From Eledone cirrhosa (Eukaryota), in contig OZ024746.1 of assembly GCA_964016885.1 (NCBI GenBank), positions 9,982,001 through 10,046,000 on the forward strand: a stretch of DNA of 64,000 nt. Direction: 5' to 3'. The notes beneath the pieces were generated by a model. It saw only the letters and a program-made list of their open reading frames with translations. It had not been told where the DNA came from and ran no database searches. Within the stretch, counting starts at the first letter, position 1. Each line of letters opens with the position of its first letter. The position numbers and the translations under genes are program-made. This document shows positions 14,835 to 28,092 of this stretch, piece after piece.

Positions 14835-14990
14835 CTTTTATAGCTTCTAACTTCTGTTTATCCAATTTCACTCACAAAACTTAGGTTGACCAAAGGCTAT
14901 GGTAAAAGACTCTTTCTTAAGATGCTTCAATGTGTGATCAAACCTAGAACTTCAGGATAGTAGAGCCAACTGTTTAACCCCTTAGCCATG
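14835..14990 (-). mobile_element. Degenerate tRNA-derived SINE, family C (related copies ~9127-9250 +, ~47465-47610 -, ~60170-60290 +)
   Basis: Reverse complement has the head catggct..ggttaa, a cttRRgcaag-type box and gtgagtgaaattgg. Confidence 0.55.
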
Positions 14991-15766
14991 ATAGCATTCA
15001 TATACATTATACATAGAGAACACACACTCTCACATACACTGCATGCTCTACATTCTTCCTCTATATATCTGCATAACTACATACATATATATTTTCACAC
15101 ACATCTAAATACATACACACACATATAGATCAGAACACACAAATATACTACAAACTTCCTCAACAAAAGGACACACATACACACATTTTCACACACACAC
15201 ACACACATATATAGATCAGAACACACAAATATACTACATATGTACACACATTTTCACATACACACACATGACTACAAGTAAGAATGTTTCCTATTCACTT
15301 TTCTGTATTCTCAGATAGTGTATCATTATTGTCAAATCAATATTTAATCAATATGAAATCAATTCTACTGAGGTATGATGGAAATATACATCATATGGAA
15401 AGGCTGTTCATAATATTGAACAACAAATGTTAAAAATAGATGGCAATTTTTCTGTGTGTATGAAAGTATGTGTGAGTGTGTGTGTGTATGAATGCATGTG
15501 TCTGAGCATATGTGTGCATGTGTATGAATGTGTGTGTCAGCGTGTATGTGTGTGTGTGTGAGGGCTGGAAGAAGTGGAATTTCACCTGATGCTTACATAA
15601 AATACTTGTACAACTAAACTAAATGGTCTGAACACACACACACATAAATACGTGTGTGTGTGTGTATAGTATTTTTTATCATTCATATGTCATTTTCCTT
15701 CTGTTTTCCATATAGTAAAATACTTGAATTTTTGGGTTCCTATTTTGAGGAAAAGTAATTATATTT

Positions 15767-16299
15767 TTTTGTTCAATGTAAGGCATAAAGTTCAGATCCA
15801 GTCAAGGTTTTATTCAATGTAAGGCATAAAGTTCAGATCCAGTCAAGGTTTTATTCAATGTAAGGCATAAAGTTCAGATCCAGTCAAGATTTTGTTCAAT
15901 GTAAGGCATAAAGTTCAGATCCAGTCAAGATTTTGTTCAATGTAAGGCATAAAGTTCAGATCCAGTCAAGATTTTATTCAATGTAAGGCATAAAGTTCAG
16001 ATCCAGTCAAGGTTTTATTCAATGTAAGGCATAAAGTTCAGATCCAGTCAAGGTTTTATTCAATGTAAGGCATAAAGTTCAGATCCAGTCAAGGTTTTGT
16101 TCAATGTAAGGCATAAAGTTCAGATCCAGTCAAGGTTTTATTCAATGTAAGGCATAAAGTTCAGATCCAGTCAAGGTTTTATTCAATGTAAGGCATAAAG
16201 TTCAGATCCAGTCAAGATTTTGTTCAATGTAAGGCATAAAGTTCAGATCCAGTCAAGGTTTTATTCAATGTAAGGCATAAAGTTCAGATCCAGTCAAGG
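15767..16299. repeat. Minisatellite, 13 x 41 bp
   Basis: Unit ttttRttcaatgtaaggcataaagttcagatccagtcaagR; 533 bp = 13 x 41; only two variable positions. Confidence 0.95.
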
Positions 16300-16404
16300 T
16301 TTTGTTTTCTATTTTGTATAAATCAAGAGAATTCTTGTAAATCATAGAGTAGGTTAAAACCATGTTAAATACTATATTGTTCCTTTCATTTCATAATCTC
16401 TGGG

Positions 16405-16680
16405 TGCTTCTTTATCTTCTTGGCCCACTTATTCTTGGGAGAGTCATAAGGGTCAGAGTCCTCAAGCCCACCTTCCAGTGGGTTCTGTCAGTAGCAATTA
16501 TCTCCAATTGATCTGACTGGATCTGCAAGTGAGACCAGCTGAGCTCCTGGATGTTATCCACCCATCTTACTCAGATTAGGGTCTACTTCTGAGTCTCCTG
16601 CCATTTGGTTTTGGTTTTGCCTGTAAAATCTGTCCAGTGATTCTTTCCTGAGACATTCTAACCACATGTCTGTAGACACA
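16405..16680 (-). mobile_element. RTE-like LINE 3' end, second family (other copies ~62220-62390 -, ~55435-55520 +)
   Basis: Minus strand reads RHVVRMSQERIT..KPNGRRLRSRP; shared ggataacatccaNgagc..gctggtctcacttg. Confidence 0.6.
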
Positions 16681-16732
16681 TGTTTTGATATATTTTTATC
16701 CTCAGGACAATTCTATGAATATTATTAGTAGA

Positions 16733-16918
16733 AGGGCGGTGAATTGGCAGTATCGGTAGAGGGTTGGACACCATGCTTTCCAGCATAGTTACGTCCCTTC
16801 ACGGTCTAAGTTCAAATCCCGCCGAGGTTAACTTTGCCTTACATCCTTATGGGGTCGATAAAATAAAGTACCAGTAATGCACTGGGTAATTGCTGGTCTT
16901 GTGTCAAAAGTAGAAACA
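16733..16918 (+). mobile_element. tRNA-derived SINE, family A, full length
   Basis: gggcggtgaattggcagtatcggtagag...gttcaaatcccgccgagg...gtagaaaca; 12-bp TSD attattagtaga at 16721-16732 and 16919-16930. Confidence 0.9.
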
Positions 16919-18060
16919 ATTATTAGTAGATTTCAAAATTAAATTTTTTAAAATTATGTATTAACCACAGGTGTCAAGAAAAAATGAAATAAAATAGAGG
17001 AATGAACAGAGATAACTTTGTTGATCAAGCTGAATGTTAACAATAATATTTAAATGTTCATCATGAAGAAAGTTCATTTAAACTGGTCAGGTTTTGCTTG
17101 GGAAAGATGAAGCCAACATCTATTGTACCATAAAAATATTCTACCACATAGATAGATCACATCTCCAACAAACAGGCAAAAGTGTTTTAGAGTCCTTTAT
17201 TTCTTGATTCTCAATGAGCTCTAACTTTTTCCTGTCATAAATATAATATCTGCTGAATCATATATGAACACAGTATTAACGATACAACAAAGAGTAGATG
17301 GACAATTGTATGTCGTTTTCCTTCTCCTGATAGTCTTTCCATCTACTAGAATTGTTTACTTTATGGGGATGTAAGAATAATAATTTATTGATTTTAGTGA
17401 CAAGAAAAAATTTAATTTAGAATTTAGAATTAAAAGCATAACTATGTTTGTCACTAATTCACTATCTCAGACTATAAACAGCCTTTACCCATTCATCAAA
17501 GTCACTCATATTAATTTTCATTATAAAACAGAGTGATGGTTCAAGTCTAGTTAAACTTAGAAACAATGAACTTCAAAAATTTTATTCCTGATTAAGAATG
17601 TGATTTAACTTTTTTCCTATGATTAAAATCAATAACTTCTATAAAAAAAAAACTGTTCTACAAGACGGAAAACAGGAAATAAAATACCATGTAAATAATA
17701 CAAAAAGATTTATATTACTGTGAAGAAAATATTGGCCATTAGCAACATCAACAAAGCACTCTTAGCAAACCTTAGTATATAAAAGTGAATTATGTGTCTT
17801 GATGTCTGTATTTTTCAAATTATATGTCACTGTTTTGCACCTACATAGCTGAATGTTTTCATAGGAGCACATCATTTCAAGATCATCATATGCTATGTGA
17901 CTTTTTCTAATGTTTTCTAAAACTTGAGCAAAACTAGGTACACTTCCTAGTTTTCATATATTGTAGTCTAGCAAGGAATGAAATATATCTGGAGCATGCA
18001 ATACTATATTTTATCAATGTTTAAGTGTAATATTTGAGGTGACAATTGCATAAAATATAT

Positions 18061-18600
18061 ACCATATATACACATATATATTCCGATAAATATGTGACAA
18101 AAAATCAATGGAAAAATGGAGTCAGTTTATACTCAAGGTCAATATTTTGCTGATTTTCACCAACTTTAAAATTCTGCATAAATGAGGTTCTAAAATATTT
18201 TAGCTTTGGAGGTGAATATTACATTGGTTTCACCTTCGAGGTGAATATCATGGTGGTTTCCCTTTCAACATGAGATTCGTATTTCCTATTGTTTTAGATA
18301 TATTTTGAATGAATTATGGCCTTCAAAATGGTCAGAAATCGGTAAAAAAAAAACTTTACATAAAGGCATTGTGAAAAAAAACTATACTCTAAACGACACT
18401 TAAAATATTTTAAATATCAAAATATTAAAACTTCATAAATATATTCTCCCCTCATGGAAATTTCGAAACTGCACCATCTAAACATAATGTGTTGATTAGC
18501 TGTCTCGGGTTATAAATGGGGTTTGGATTTTTGCCTAGTTCTCAGACATAAAATAAAGGGTTGGCATATATTCGGATCAGTTTATATTCAGCTATGAAAT
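18061..18600. mobile_element. Degenerate Tc1/mariner (pogo/Tigger-like) non-autonomous element
   Basis: Subterminal motifs gtcagtttatactc / ggatcagtttatattc; related fragment at ~37575-37665. Confidence 0.35.
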
Positions 18601-19431
18601 ATATAAATACCAACTGATGTGTCATAAATTATTTAGACTGGATACTTAAGTTTACATAAAACTGCTACTTATGGAATTCTATCCAGTATGATATTTGTTT
18701 CTCATACTTTCTATGCTACTGTGATCAGAGCAATACATTGCTTTCATGATCCACTTAGATTTATAGAAACATCAATGTCATCATGAAGCAGTATGAACCA
18801 AACCCACATAGATGAGAGAAAGAAATGAATAGATAACATTTTTAGTTTTGTAGAATGTAGAGTTTAGTAATATGGAAATCACACTGGATTTAGAAAGAAC
18901 AGAAGATCTGAGGCAATATTTAAATAATACTTCAAAAGAATGCAGAATAGTTAAGGATTGAAAATAGTATAATAATACATCTTTCTAGAACAAAATATTT
19001 GACAGATTAGATTTAAAAAATCCATGGCTAGCTGAGCTTTTACTTGGATTCGAAGGAAACAAAATTTTCTCATCATCAATAGACTAGAAAATTGATTGAA
19101 TTTAGAAGTATCAAAGAAATGGAACTGCCATAAAATGTGTGCAAGCCATGAAATGGAAAATAAGAGAAAGCAGTTCATGATGTATTGTCTGGATATAAAG
19201 TATTCAGTGGTGGCAAAAAAAAGATATAATACAATAATAGTTTTAGTAGAGACTTGAATAAATCAGGTGGGATTAATAGAAAGAAATTCAGTTTATGTAC
19301 AAAACCAGAAACAATGCCTGCAAACAAAATGTACTGAAACTTTGAAAACATAAAATCCACTATCAAAAGTCAGCCAGGTCAAATATTTGCAGATACTTCC
19401 AAAAAGGATTCTATGTATATAAAAAAAACAA

Positions 19432-19479
19432 ATATATATATATATGTATGTATATATATATATTTATATATATACATAC

Positions 19480-19511
<32 letters not shown>

Positions 19512-19564
19512 ATATATATGTGTGTGTATATATATATTTATATATATACATACATATATATATA

Positions 19565-19633
<69 letters not shown>

Positions 19634-19723
19634 ATATATATATATATAATGTGTGTGCGTGTATATATATATATATATGTATGTATATATATATATTTAT
19701 ATATATACATACATATATATATA

Positions 19724-19804
<81 letters not shown>

Positions 19805-20028
19805 ATATATATAATGTGTGTGCGTGTATATATATATATATATATGTATGTATATATATATATGTGTATATATATATATATATGTATTTATATATATGTA
19901 TATATATATATGTATTTATATTTATGTATATATATATGTATATATATATATATATATGTGTATATATATATATATATATGTGTATATATATGTATATATA
20001 TGTATATATATATATGTATATATATATG

Positions 20029-20073
<45 letters not shown>

Positions 20074-20144
20074 GTATATATATATATATGTATATATGTA
20101 TATATATATTTGTATATATATATATATTTGTATATATATATGTA

Positions 20145-20219
<75 letters not shown>

Positions 20220-20356
20220 GTATATATATATGTATATATATGTATGTATATATATATGTATATATATATGTATATATATATGTGTGTGTATATATATATA
20301 TATGTATATATATGTATATATATATATGTATATAAATGTATATATATATGTATATA

Positions 20357-20419
<63 letters not shown>
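19432..20419. repeat. ~1-kb compound (TA)n/(TATG)n microsatellite
   Basis: Directly visible; includes an internally duplicated higher-order block. Confidence 0.95.
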
Positions 20420-20421
<2 letters not shown>

Positions 20422-20741
20422 TTTTTACGATATTTTCTATCTGAATAATAATAAAAAAAGATACTAAACATTTAGGAAAAGAAGCAAAGAATCTAAGACA
20501 GTACCAATAGCAAACCTTTGTGTTGTATTAAAGGAGGGAAGAATTTATAGCAAATATTGGGACAATAATAACTGGCTAGTTTGACAAAGGACTGGCAGAG
20601 GTTGGAAAATAAATAAGTAAAACAACTGTGTAACTGTTGAGAAACAGATAGCTGACGTACAGAATTGGCTCAAACAAAATTTGCTAAAGTTCTGTACATA
20701 AACCTTTCATAAGCTTTTTTTTTTCTTTTCACATTTATTTT

Positions 20742-20768
20742 ACTACTACTACTACTACTACAACAGCA

Positions 20769-20830
<62 letters not shown>
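20742..20830. repeat. (CTA)n microsatellite
   Basis: Directly visible. Confidence 0.95.
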
Positions 20831-21509
20831 GACAATGAGAAGAAATAGTAATGGTTTCTTAGACATGAAAGCAGCAATGAATTGGTAGAGTCAGGAAGAA
20901 TGTCTTGTGGTATTTGTTCTTTCTCCATGTATTCTATGTTCAAACCCCATGAAGGTCATTTATGTCTTTCATCAATCTGAAGTTAATAAATAATACACCA
21001 GTCTAGAGCAGTTGATTGGTGGAATTGTTTGAATGTCAGACAGTTTCTGTTTTGCCTATTTGCTCTTTAAAGAGCTGGAACAAATACCACAAGGTGTTTT
21101 GTTTGGTGTATTGTCCCACCTTATCCCTGTTTCCAGGATATTTGGAACTTGAACAACAAACACCATTATCATCACAGATTCCAAGGCTTTGTGGGTGCCT
21201 CTGAAATTTCCTCCAAGCTCCAAGCAACATTCTCCACCATTCTGATCACTCCCAGGGACTCCTGTCAGTCTATGCACAGATGTCGCTCAGCCAGCACCTT
21301 AGCCACCCTCTCTTCTGCAGACTGGCAGTGCCCATTAGTCTCAAATCCATATAGCATATAAAACTATCATCAATTGAAATCCCCTTATAAATTAACTTAC
21401 TCAAAATTCTCTTTCAGCTTATTCATTACATTTTTTTATTTCCTCTTGCACTTTTCTAAATATACCCATCTTTTTTTTTTTTTTTTGTTAAATTGTTATT
21501 TCTCTTCAG

Positions 21510-21533
21510 CTTTTCAGTCACCTATATCTTCAG
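21510..21533 (+). CDS. Candidate 24-nt alternative microexon of Cav3 (adds FSVTYIFS)
   Basis: About 16 T, then tctcttcag|, then donor CAG|gtaggt. 24 nt, symmetric phase 2/2 like the host intron and stop-free. GCATG (~21628) and TGCATG (21653-21658) lie downstream. Confidence 0.5.
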
Positions 21534-23604
21534 GTAGGTTTTTTAACTCCCTCTCTCTCTCTGCTGTGAATTATTCCTTTATCATTGTCTTTGGGGTTTT
21601 CTTTATTTATGTTCTAATGTGAGTGGCATGTTAATGGATGTCTAACATAATTTGCATGGTTATTTTCATTCCAGCTGTCCTGCCCTAATAATATATTAAA
21701 GAAAATTAATATCACCCTCAGCTATTACATAAAGCTTATTTTATTTTATCCTTGCTATTGCTGTTGCTACTCTGTCAGTGTTTCTTTAAATTGGCTTCAA
21801 GTAAGCTATATGCTTTTATGACATCATTTCAAAATAGATAAATTATGTTATCATGTTATAAAAAAGGAAACTTTATTCATTCTTTAAGGAAAATAATTAC
21901 AGAAAATAAACATAATCTTAATCTAAATAAATAGAAATTAGTGTTGGCCATTTTATTATTTATGGTATTCTTTCTGGGATTTGTTAAAGAACAACAATGG
22001 GAAAATACTTGTTTGATGTTTCAAAATACACTCTCAGGAAATTAATATTTTTTAAAGACAATTTAATATTGAAATTAAGTAAGAAGGTTGTAAAATAGTT
22101 AATTTTATTGAATCAATTTTTAAACAAACTGGAAAAGGGTAGGTATAACGAAATAGAACATGAAAAAAAAATATTAAATAATTTTAAAATTTCAGATTTC
22201 TACAGTTAACTTGTCAACCAATTCAAATTTTATTTTATCATGAAAACTAATGATTGAATGAATTATATGTGCTATAAAATAAACAAATTTTTTTGTGTAG
22301 GATATTGAAGTGCTCAATATATACACTCACATAAAGTGTCATAGCACATTAGTTTATAATAGCAGTATCCATGGAGATTTGAAAGTTAATTTGAAAATTA
22401 AAAGATTGTTGGAACTGGAACTACATTGTTATTTTTGAAAGTGTACTTTCTCTTAAGTGTTTGATGCCTGAGATAGTGTAAAGTCCACATAGGTGGTACA
22501 CAACGGCAGTGGTTGGCATTAGGAAGGTCATCAAGCCAAAAACAGAATGTATGAGCAAGACGTGATCACCTGACCAATCTAGTCTCAGAATGTAACAGCC
22601 CATCTAACTCTTGATGAGAAATAGACATTAAACGACAATGATGATGATGATGAGGATGATGATGATCCATGCATACACACACACAAACAGCATGTGTGTG
22701 TGTGTAGGAAAAAGAAGTTGAAAATGAAAATTGCATTTTCAACTTCTTTTTTCTATATTTTTACCAATGTGGGATATAACAAAACTTTACTTTTGTATAT
22801 ATATGTATATGAATATATGTGTGTGTATAAGTATGTGTGTGTATAAGCGTGTGTATGTGTGTGTGTATAAGTGTGTGTGTGTGTGTGTGTGTATAAGTGT
22901 GTGTGTATGTGTATAAGTGTGTGTGTGCCCATACAAATTTTTTAGAAATTGACGCAATTATTAATGTTATAGACCACTATATTGTATTCACAGAAATAAT
23001 TAATTATTGAAATTCTCTGAATAACTCGAATTTTAACCCTATTTTCCTAGTTTTTTTCCTAGATTCAGTTACATTAAATAAAATAGCTATGGCAATTTAA
23101 TGATATGTAAGGAACAGTTGTGAGAACCCCTTTCATAAATTTCAATTCTGTTCCTAATTTTGGATGCAAATATGCCATTAATATTTCCATTAGAGACATC
23201 AACACCTTTCTCTAATGAGAAAGGTGTTGATGTCATCTTGCCTTCAAAGTTATGTTGTTGAGAAAAGGTGATGTGTTCATATCAATCTTGTAGATAGTGA
23301 CTGTAGCAATAAAATAATTTATAATTTGTGGCTTATATCTTTTACTGGAAAGTCATTTATATACATGTGTGTGTGTATAAGTGTGTGTGTCTGTCTGCTT
23401 GTGTGTATGTCTGCCTGTGTGTATGTCTGTTTGTGTGTATCTGTGTATCTGTGTGTGTGTGTCTGTCTCTGTGTGTCTCTGTGTGTCTCTGTGTGTGTCT
23501 GTGTGTGTCTGTATGTGTATGTTCTCGATATTTCTTATTGTAAGAGTAAAAGTGACCAATTTTAAATGAGTCCTCATTACATATTAGTAAAGAATATATA
23601 TTTT

Positions 23605-24218
23605 ATTGGCATTATTGGCAGTATCGGTAGAGGGTCGGACGCCATGCTTTGACGCATAGTTACGGCCCTTGCCATTCTGAGTTCAAATCCCGCCGAGGTT
23701 AACTTTGCCTTTCATCCTTACGGGGTCGATAAAATAAAGTACCAGTAATGCACTGGGTAATTGCTGGCCTTGTGCCAAAAGTAGAAACAATTATTTAAAC
23801 ATTATAAGGGCAGTGGATTGGCAGTATCGGTAGAGGGTCGGACGCCATGCTTTCCAGCATAGTTACGTCCCTTTACGATCTAAGTTCAAATCCCGCCGAG
23901 GTTGACTTTGCCTTTCATCCTTACGGGGTCGATAAAATAAAGTACCAGTAATGCACTGGGTAATTGCTGGCCTTGTGCCTGGAGTAGAAACAATTATTTA
24001 AACATTATAAGAGTGGCAGAAACATCAGAGTATTGGACAAAATACTTTGTACCATTTGTTTTGGTTCTTTACATTATGAGTTCAAATTGCACAAAGGTCA
24101 GCTTCGCCTTTCATCCTTTTGAGGTTGATAAAATAAAGTACCAGTCATGGACAGGGGTCAATTTAATTGACTTCTCCCTAAAATTGCTGGCCTTGTGTTT
24201 CAATTAGAAATCATTATT
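23605..24218 (+). mobile_element. Three head-to-tail family A SINEs
   Basis: Copies at ~23605-23790, 23808-23995 and 24010-24218; the junction ttatttaaacattataag is repeated on both sides of the middle copy. Confidence 0.9.
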
Positions 24219-24260
24219 TAACCATTTCCAAAAAGAGTTGAATAACATTAGCTTTTTTAA

Positions 24261-24492
24261 TCCTTTCATGATCACGTTTCTAATGAAATACACTCTATTT
24301 TAATTCATTAATGAAGGATTTTCAGGGATTTACTAAAATTATTAATTATTTCATTAGTAAAATAGTAACTTAATGTAAGGTTCTTATATAAAATTATGTT
24401 GGAAGATTTTAATTCAAATTGTAAACCTTTAAAATGGGTGGTTTTATTTCATTGAACCAGAGCTGGTTTTGGCTGGGTTGGTAATTAAAGGG
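24261..24492. mobile_element. piggyBac-like MITE (related copies ~31630-31852, ~11115-11353, ~10870-11083)
   Basis: TTAA flanks and cctttc.../...aaaggg ends; shared ttctaatgaaatacactctattttaatt and ccagagctggttttggc with the 31630 copy. Confidence 0.7.
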
Positions 24493-25699
24493 TTAACAAC
24501 AGTAACTTTGGAAAGACATAATCAAAAATCTATAGCATACCGAAATAGCATTACAGTTTAAACAGCATTATGGAATCATTGACACAATACTGGAACATAC
24601 CATTATCCAGTATTTAAAGAAATATTACCTCAGAAATCGACATACCTTTATCCAGGATTAAATAAAAAACATTACCTGAAAACCAGACATACCCACTGTC
24701 TCTGAAAGCTTATTGGAACAATTCAAAGAAATGGTGTATTAACTGTTTGTTTAAAAAGTAGAGTGAAGTGATTTGAAGAAACGCTATTTCAATACAAGCT
24801 GTCCCATTAAAAAGGATTTAAAAAACACCGGGATGTCCAGGTAGGGAGGGTACCATGATGTTCAACAACAGCATCGTTAGAGACAGAGGGGCATACTGGT
24901 TCTCACCTGACTAACACTTCTAGCTTGGGGACATTTTTTTGTCATATCCTGGAAATTTCTTCTACTGGCTGGCTATATATAGTGGAACCTTAGTGTGGAG
25001 ATGGGCACTGCCAAGTATTTCAAAGGCCCATGGAAATTCAAAGAAGAATACACAGTCAAACGTCTGAGAGGGACCCCAATGACTGGTTGCATATTGATAT
25101 TATACGCAGGTATATATACATGTAGATACGATACATCAAATAAAATCGTAATTGACAATATACACAGAAATTGAGCAAAGACTGCGTTACACTGTCTTAT
25201 GTAATCAGTAATGTAATCCATGATACATTAAAAAAAGACAATATTATATAAACTGCATTAGGAGAAAATTAGTGACGGAAATATATGAATGTTTATTTAA
25301 GCGATCACTAACTGGAAGTGTTGACATTTGAAAATTTTAAAGAAGTGAATCTTAAAATAAGCAACAATATTATTTATATTTAATCAAGAATAACAAAATT
25401 TAGTAGTTAATTTATGTAATATTCATTCATTATTTATTCCAAGTAAAATAAAGTACCAGTAATGCACTGGGTAATTGCTGGCCTTGTGCCTAAAGTAGAA
25501 ACAATTATTTATTCCAAGTAATCTAACTTATTTTACTAATGGGATAAAAGATTATAAGCCATACGCAGTCCCACACTTCTTACTTTATTATAGTTTAGAT
25601 TGAGATGTAATTAAAAACTCTTTCACATAATGAATCAAATTTAAGTGTTAAGCATTAAACAACCTTAACTATTAACCAAAATTGAAAACAACTCTAGCA

Positions 25700-25915
25700 T
25701 AATGGTTTGTAATATAGGTACAAGGCCAGCAATTTTGGAAGGAGGATAAGTGGATTAAATTGACCCCAGTGCTTGCCTTGTACTTAATTTTCTTAATCCC
25801 AGAAGGATGGAAAGCAAAGTTGACCTCAGCAGAATTTGAACTCAGAACGTAAAGAGCTGAAACAAATACTGCAAGGCATTTCCTCCACTGCTCAAACAAT
25901 TCTGCTAATCCAGTA
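25700..25915 (-). mobile_element. Family A SINE
   Basis: Reverse complement of gagttcaaattctgctgaggtcaactttgctttccatcc. Confidence 0.8.
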
Positions 25916-26194
25916 TCCTAGATATCTCCAGCATTAAACTAGTTTGAGTATTACACGGTCAACAACCTTCACTATTGAACAAAGCTGAAAACATAATCAA
26001 AATCTTTAACGCAATGAAACAATACTATGAAGATCTATAAATCTCTGCATAAAAATAGAAACCACATTTATAAAACGAGAAGTTTCCAAGATAATAATAA
26101 TCTTTCCCCCTTTTAACATTTATTTTAATGTTGGATTGGCAGAATGGATACAGTGCTGGAGAAAATATTTACCAGTGTCTCCTTACAGCTCATC

Positions 26195-26845
26195 TTCTGG
26201 CAGTATTGGTAGAAGGTCAGACGCCATGCTTTCCAGCATACTTTCATCCCTTTACGGTCTGAGTTCAAATCCCGTCGAGGTTAACTTTACCTTTCATCCT
26301 TATGGGGTCGATAAAATAAAGTACCAGTAATGCACTGGGTAATTGCTGGCCTTGTGCCAAAAGTAGAAACAATTATCTTCTAAGTTCAGTTCCTGTCAAG
26401 GTAAAATTTGTCTTTCATTCTTCTGGGGTCGATAAAATATAGTACCAGTCAAGTACTATTTATTGCTCTTGCTCAATGGGTCCTGGGTCATCCTAATCAG
26501 ATATCCCAGAGGCATCATTATGCGTAGAGCCAACCATGTCCAGTAGTGCCCTCCATCACTGGCAGTCCTATCGCAGCCCCTCTGTGTCCTCCAAGGTGAC
26601 ATCCTCTGGAGAGCTTCCGTAATTACATCCAGCTAACTGGTGCAAAGCCTGCCATGGGACCTCTTCCAGCCTGCTGCTGCTGCTACATCGAACAAGAGTA
26701 AGGCCCTGGTAGGGTGATCTGGCAGGAGATGGAGGACATGTGCATACCAGTAGATGCGGCAGGTGGCTATGTACTGAGTCAATATAATCGACTTTACCCT
26801 CCCCTCAAATTTTCTGGCCTTGTGCCAAAATTAGAAACTATTTTA
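26195..26845 (+). mobile_element. Family A SINE cluster with a nested minus-strand RTE-like 3' fragment (~26460-26770)
   Basis: SINE bodies at 26195-26375 and 26380-26460/26770-26845; the insert reads WYAHVLHLLPDHPTRALL...WKRSHGRLCTS on the minus strand. Confidence 0.65.
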
Positions 26846-27149
26846 AAGCCAATAATGTTTGTTTAAAAAATAATACATAAAATAATTACATAATTAACAA
26901 ATAAATAAAGAAACAAATATGACAAAAAATGTAACTTTACAAATTTATTTCTTAAAATTTATTTTGTGAATCTTTTTAATAATTTTTTTTTTTCTTAATC
27001 AATCATATAAATGTTTTACTCCTAATTAAATGTATACTTATCTCTTTCTCTGTCACAACTCTTTGTGTGAATGAGTTTGTGTGTATGCTATGCATGCATG
27101 TATGTGTGAGTGTGTGTTGTGTGAATACGTGTGTTGTGTATGTATATGA

Positions 27150-27500
27150 AGACACATGGCTTAGTAGTTAGGGGTGTTTGACATATTGAGTCCTTGAGCA
27201 AGACAATTTATTTCATGTTGATCCAATCCACTCAGCTAGCCAAAATATGTATTAGCTATAATTCAAAGGTGTGTGGCCTGGTGGTAAGAGTGTTGGACTT
27301 ACATTCATAATGTCGTGAGTTCAATTCCTTGACTGGGCTTTGTGTTGTGTTCTTGAGCAAAAAACTTAATTTCACGTTGCTCCAGTATACTCTGCGGTTG
27401 ACTAACATCCTGTCCAGGGGGAGTCTTGTACTCTCAGTCACTTAACAGCCAGGAAAAGCACTGACCTATGAGTTTCCATGCGAGAGACTTTAGACTTCAG
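27150..27500 (+). mobile_element. tRNA-derived SINEs, family B (CORE/V-like box)
   Basis: A-box gtggcctggtggtaa, B-box gagttcaattcc, then tgtgttcttgagcaa; other copies at 40135-40245 (+), ~38600-38800 (-) and ~39445-39503 (-). Confidence 0.7.
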
Positions 27501-27959
27501 ACATGTTTAGATAATTCAAAGGGCCAGCTTTATCACACCGTGTTTCATGTTGAATACCCATGAGATGTAAGTTAAGGGTACACATGTCAACCACTTGCAC
27601 AATATTTTCATGAGCAGGCTGCTTCATTGATCAAACAACTGAAACACATATCATCAGAACTGAAAGAGATACGTGTGTCTGTTTGTGTATTTGTCTGTTT
27701 GTCTGTATATGTCTATCTGTGTCTGTATATGTCAATGCGTGTGAGTGAGTGAGTATGTGTGTGTGTACATCTGTCTGCATGACTGTGTATGCATCTTTCT
27801 GTGTGTATGTATGTGAGTGTATTTGTGTGTATTTGAGTGTATGTGTCCTTGTGTGTGTGGGGGGGGGGGGGGGGGGCTGTTTATGTCCATCTGTGTGTGT
27901 GTTTGTATTTGTGTATGTGTGTGTTTTCTAAATTTACATAATTTCCTTTCTACATACAT

Positions 27960-28092
27960 TACGCCCCTTTATGGTCTGAGTTCAAATCCCGCCGAGATTA
28001 ACTTTGCCTTTCATCCTTACGGGGTCGATAAAATAAAGTAGCAGTAATGCACTGGGATAATTGCTGGCCTTGTGCCAAAAGTAGAAACAATT
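27960..28092 (+). mobile_element. 5'-truncated family A SINE
   Basis: gagttcaaatcccgccgag...gtagaaacaa. Confidence 0.85.

Noticed and set aside
15767-16299. Possible CRISPR array
   Set aside because: Contiguous 41-bp units with no unique spacers, no cas genes, and a eukaryotic context.
19413-20471. Long YI/YM-rich ORFs of up to 335 aa (and similar ones at 9.5, 28.8, 32, 33.3, 35, 54 and 63.4 kb)
   Set aside because: Translations of (TA)n/(TG)n microsatellites, which lack stop codons.
27859-27876. Poly-G runs (also ~37441 and ~45307) as G-quadruplex elements
   Set aside because: Simple homopolymers with no supporting context.
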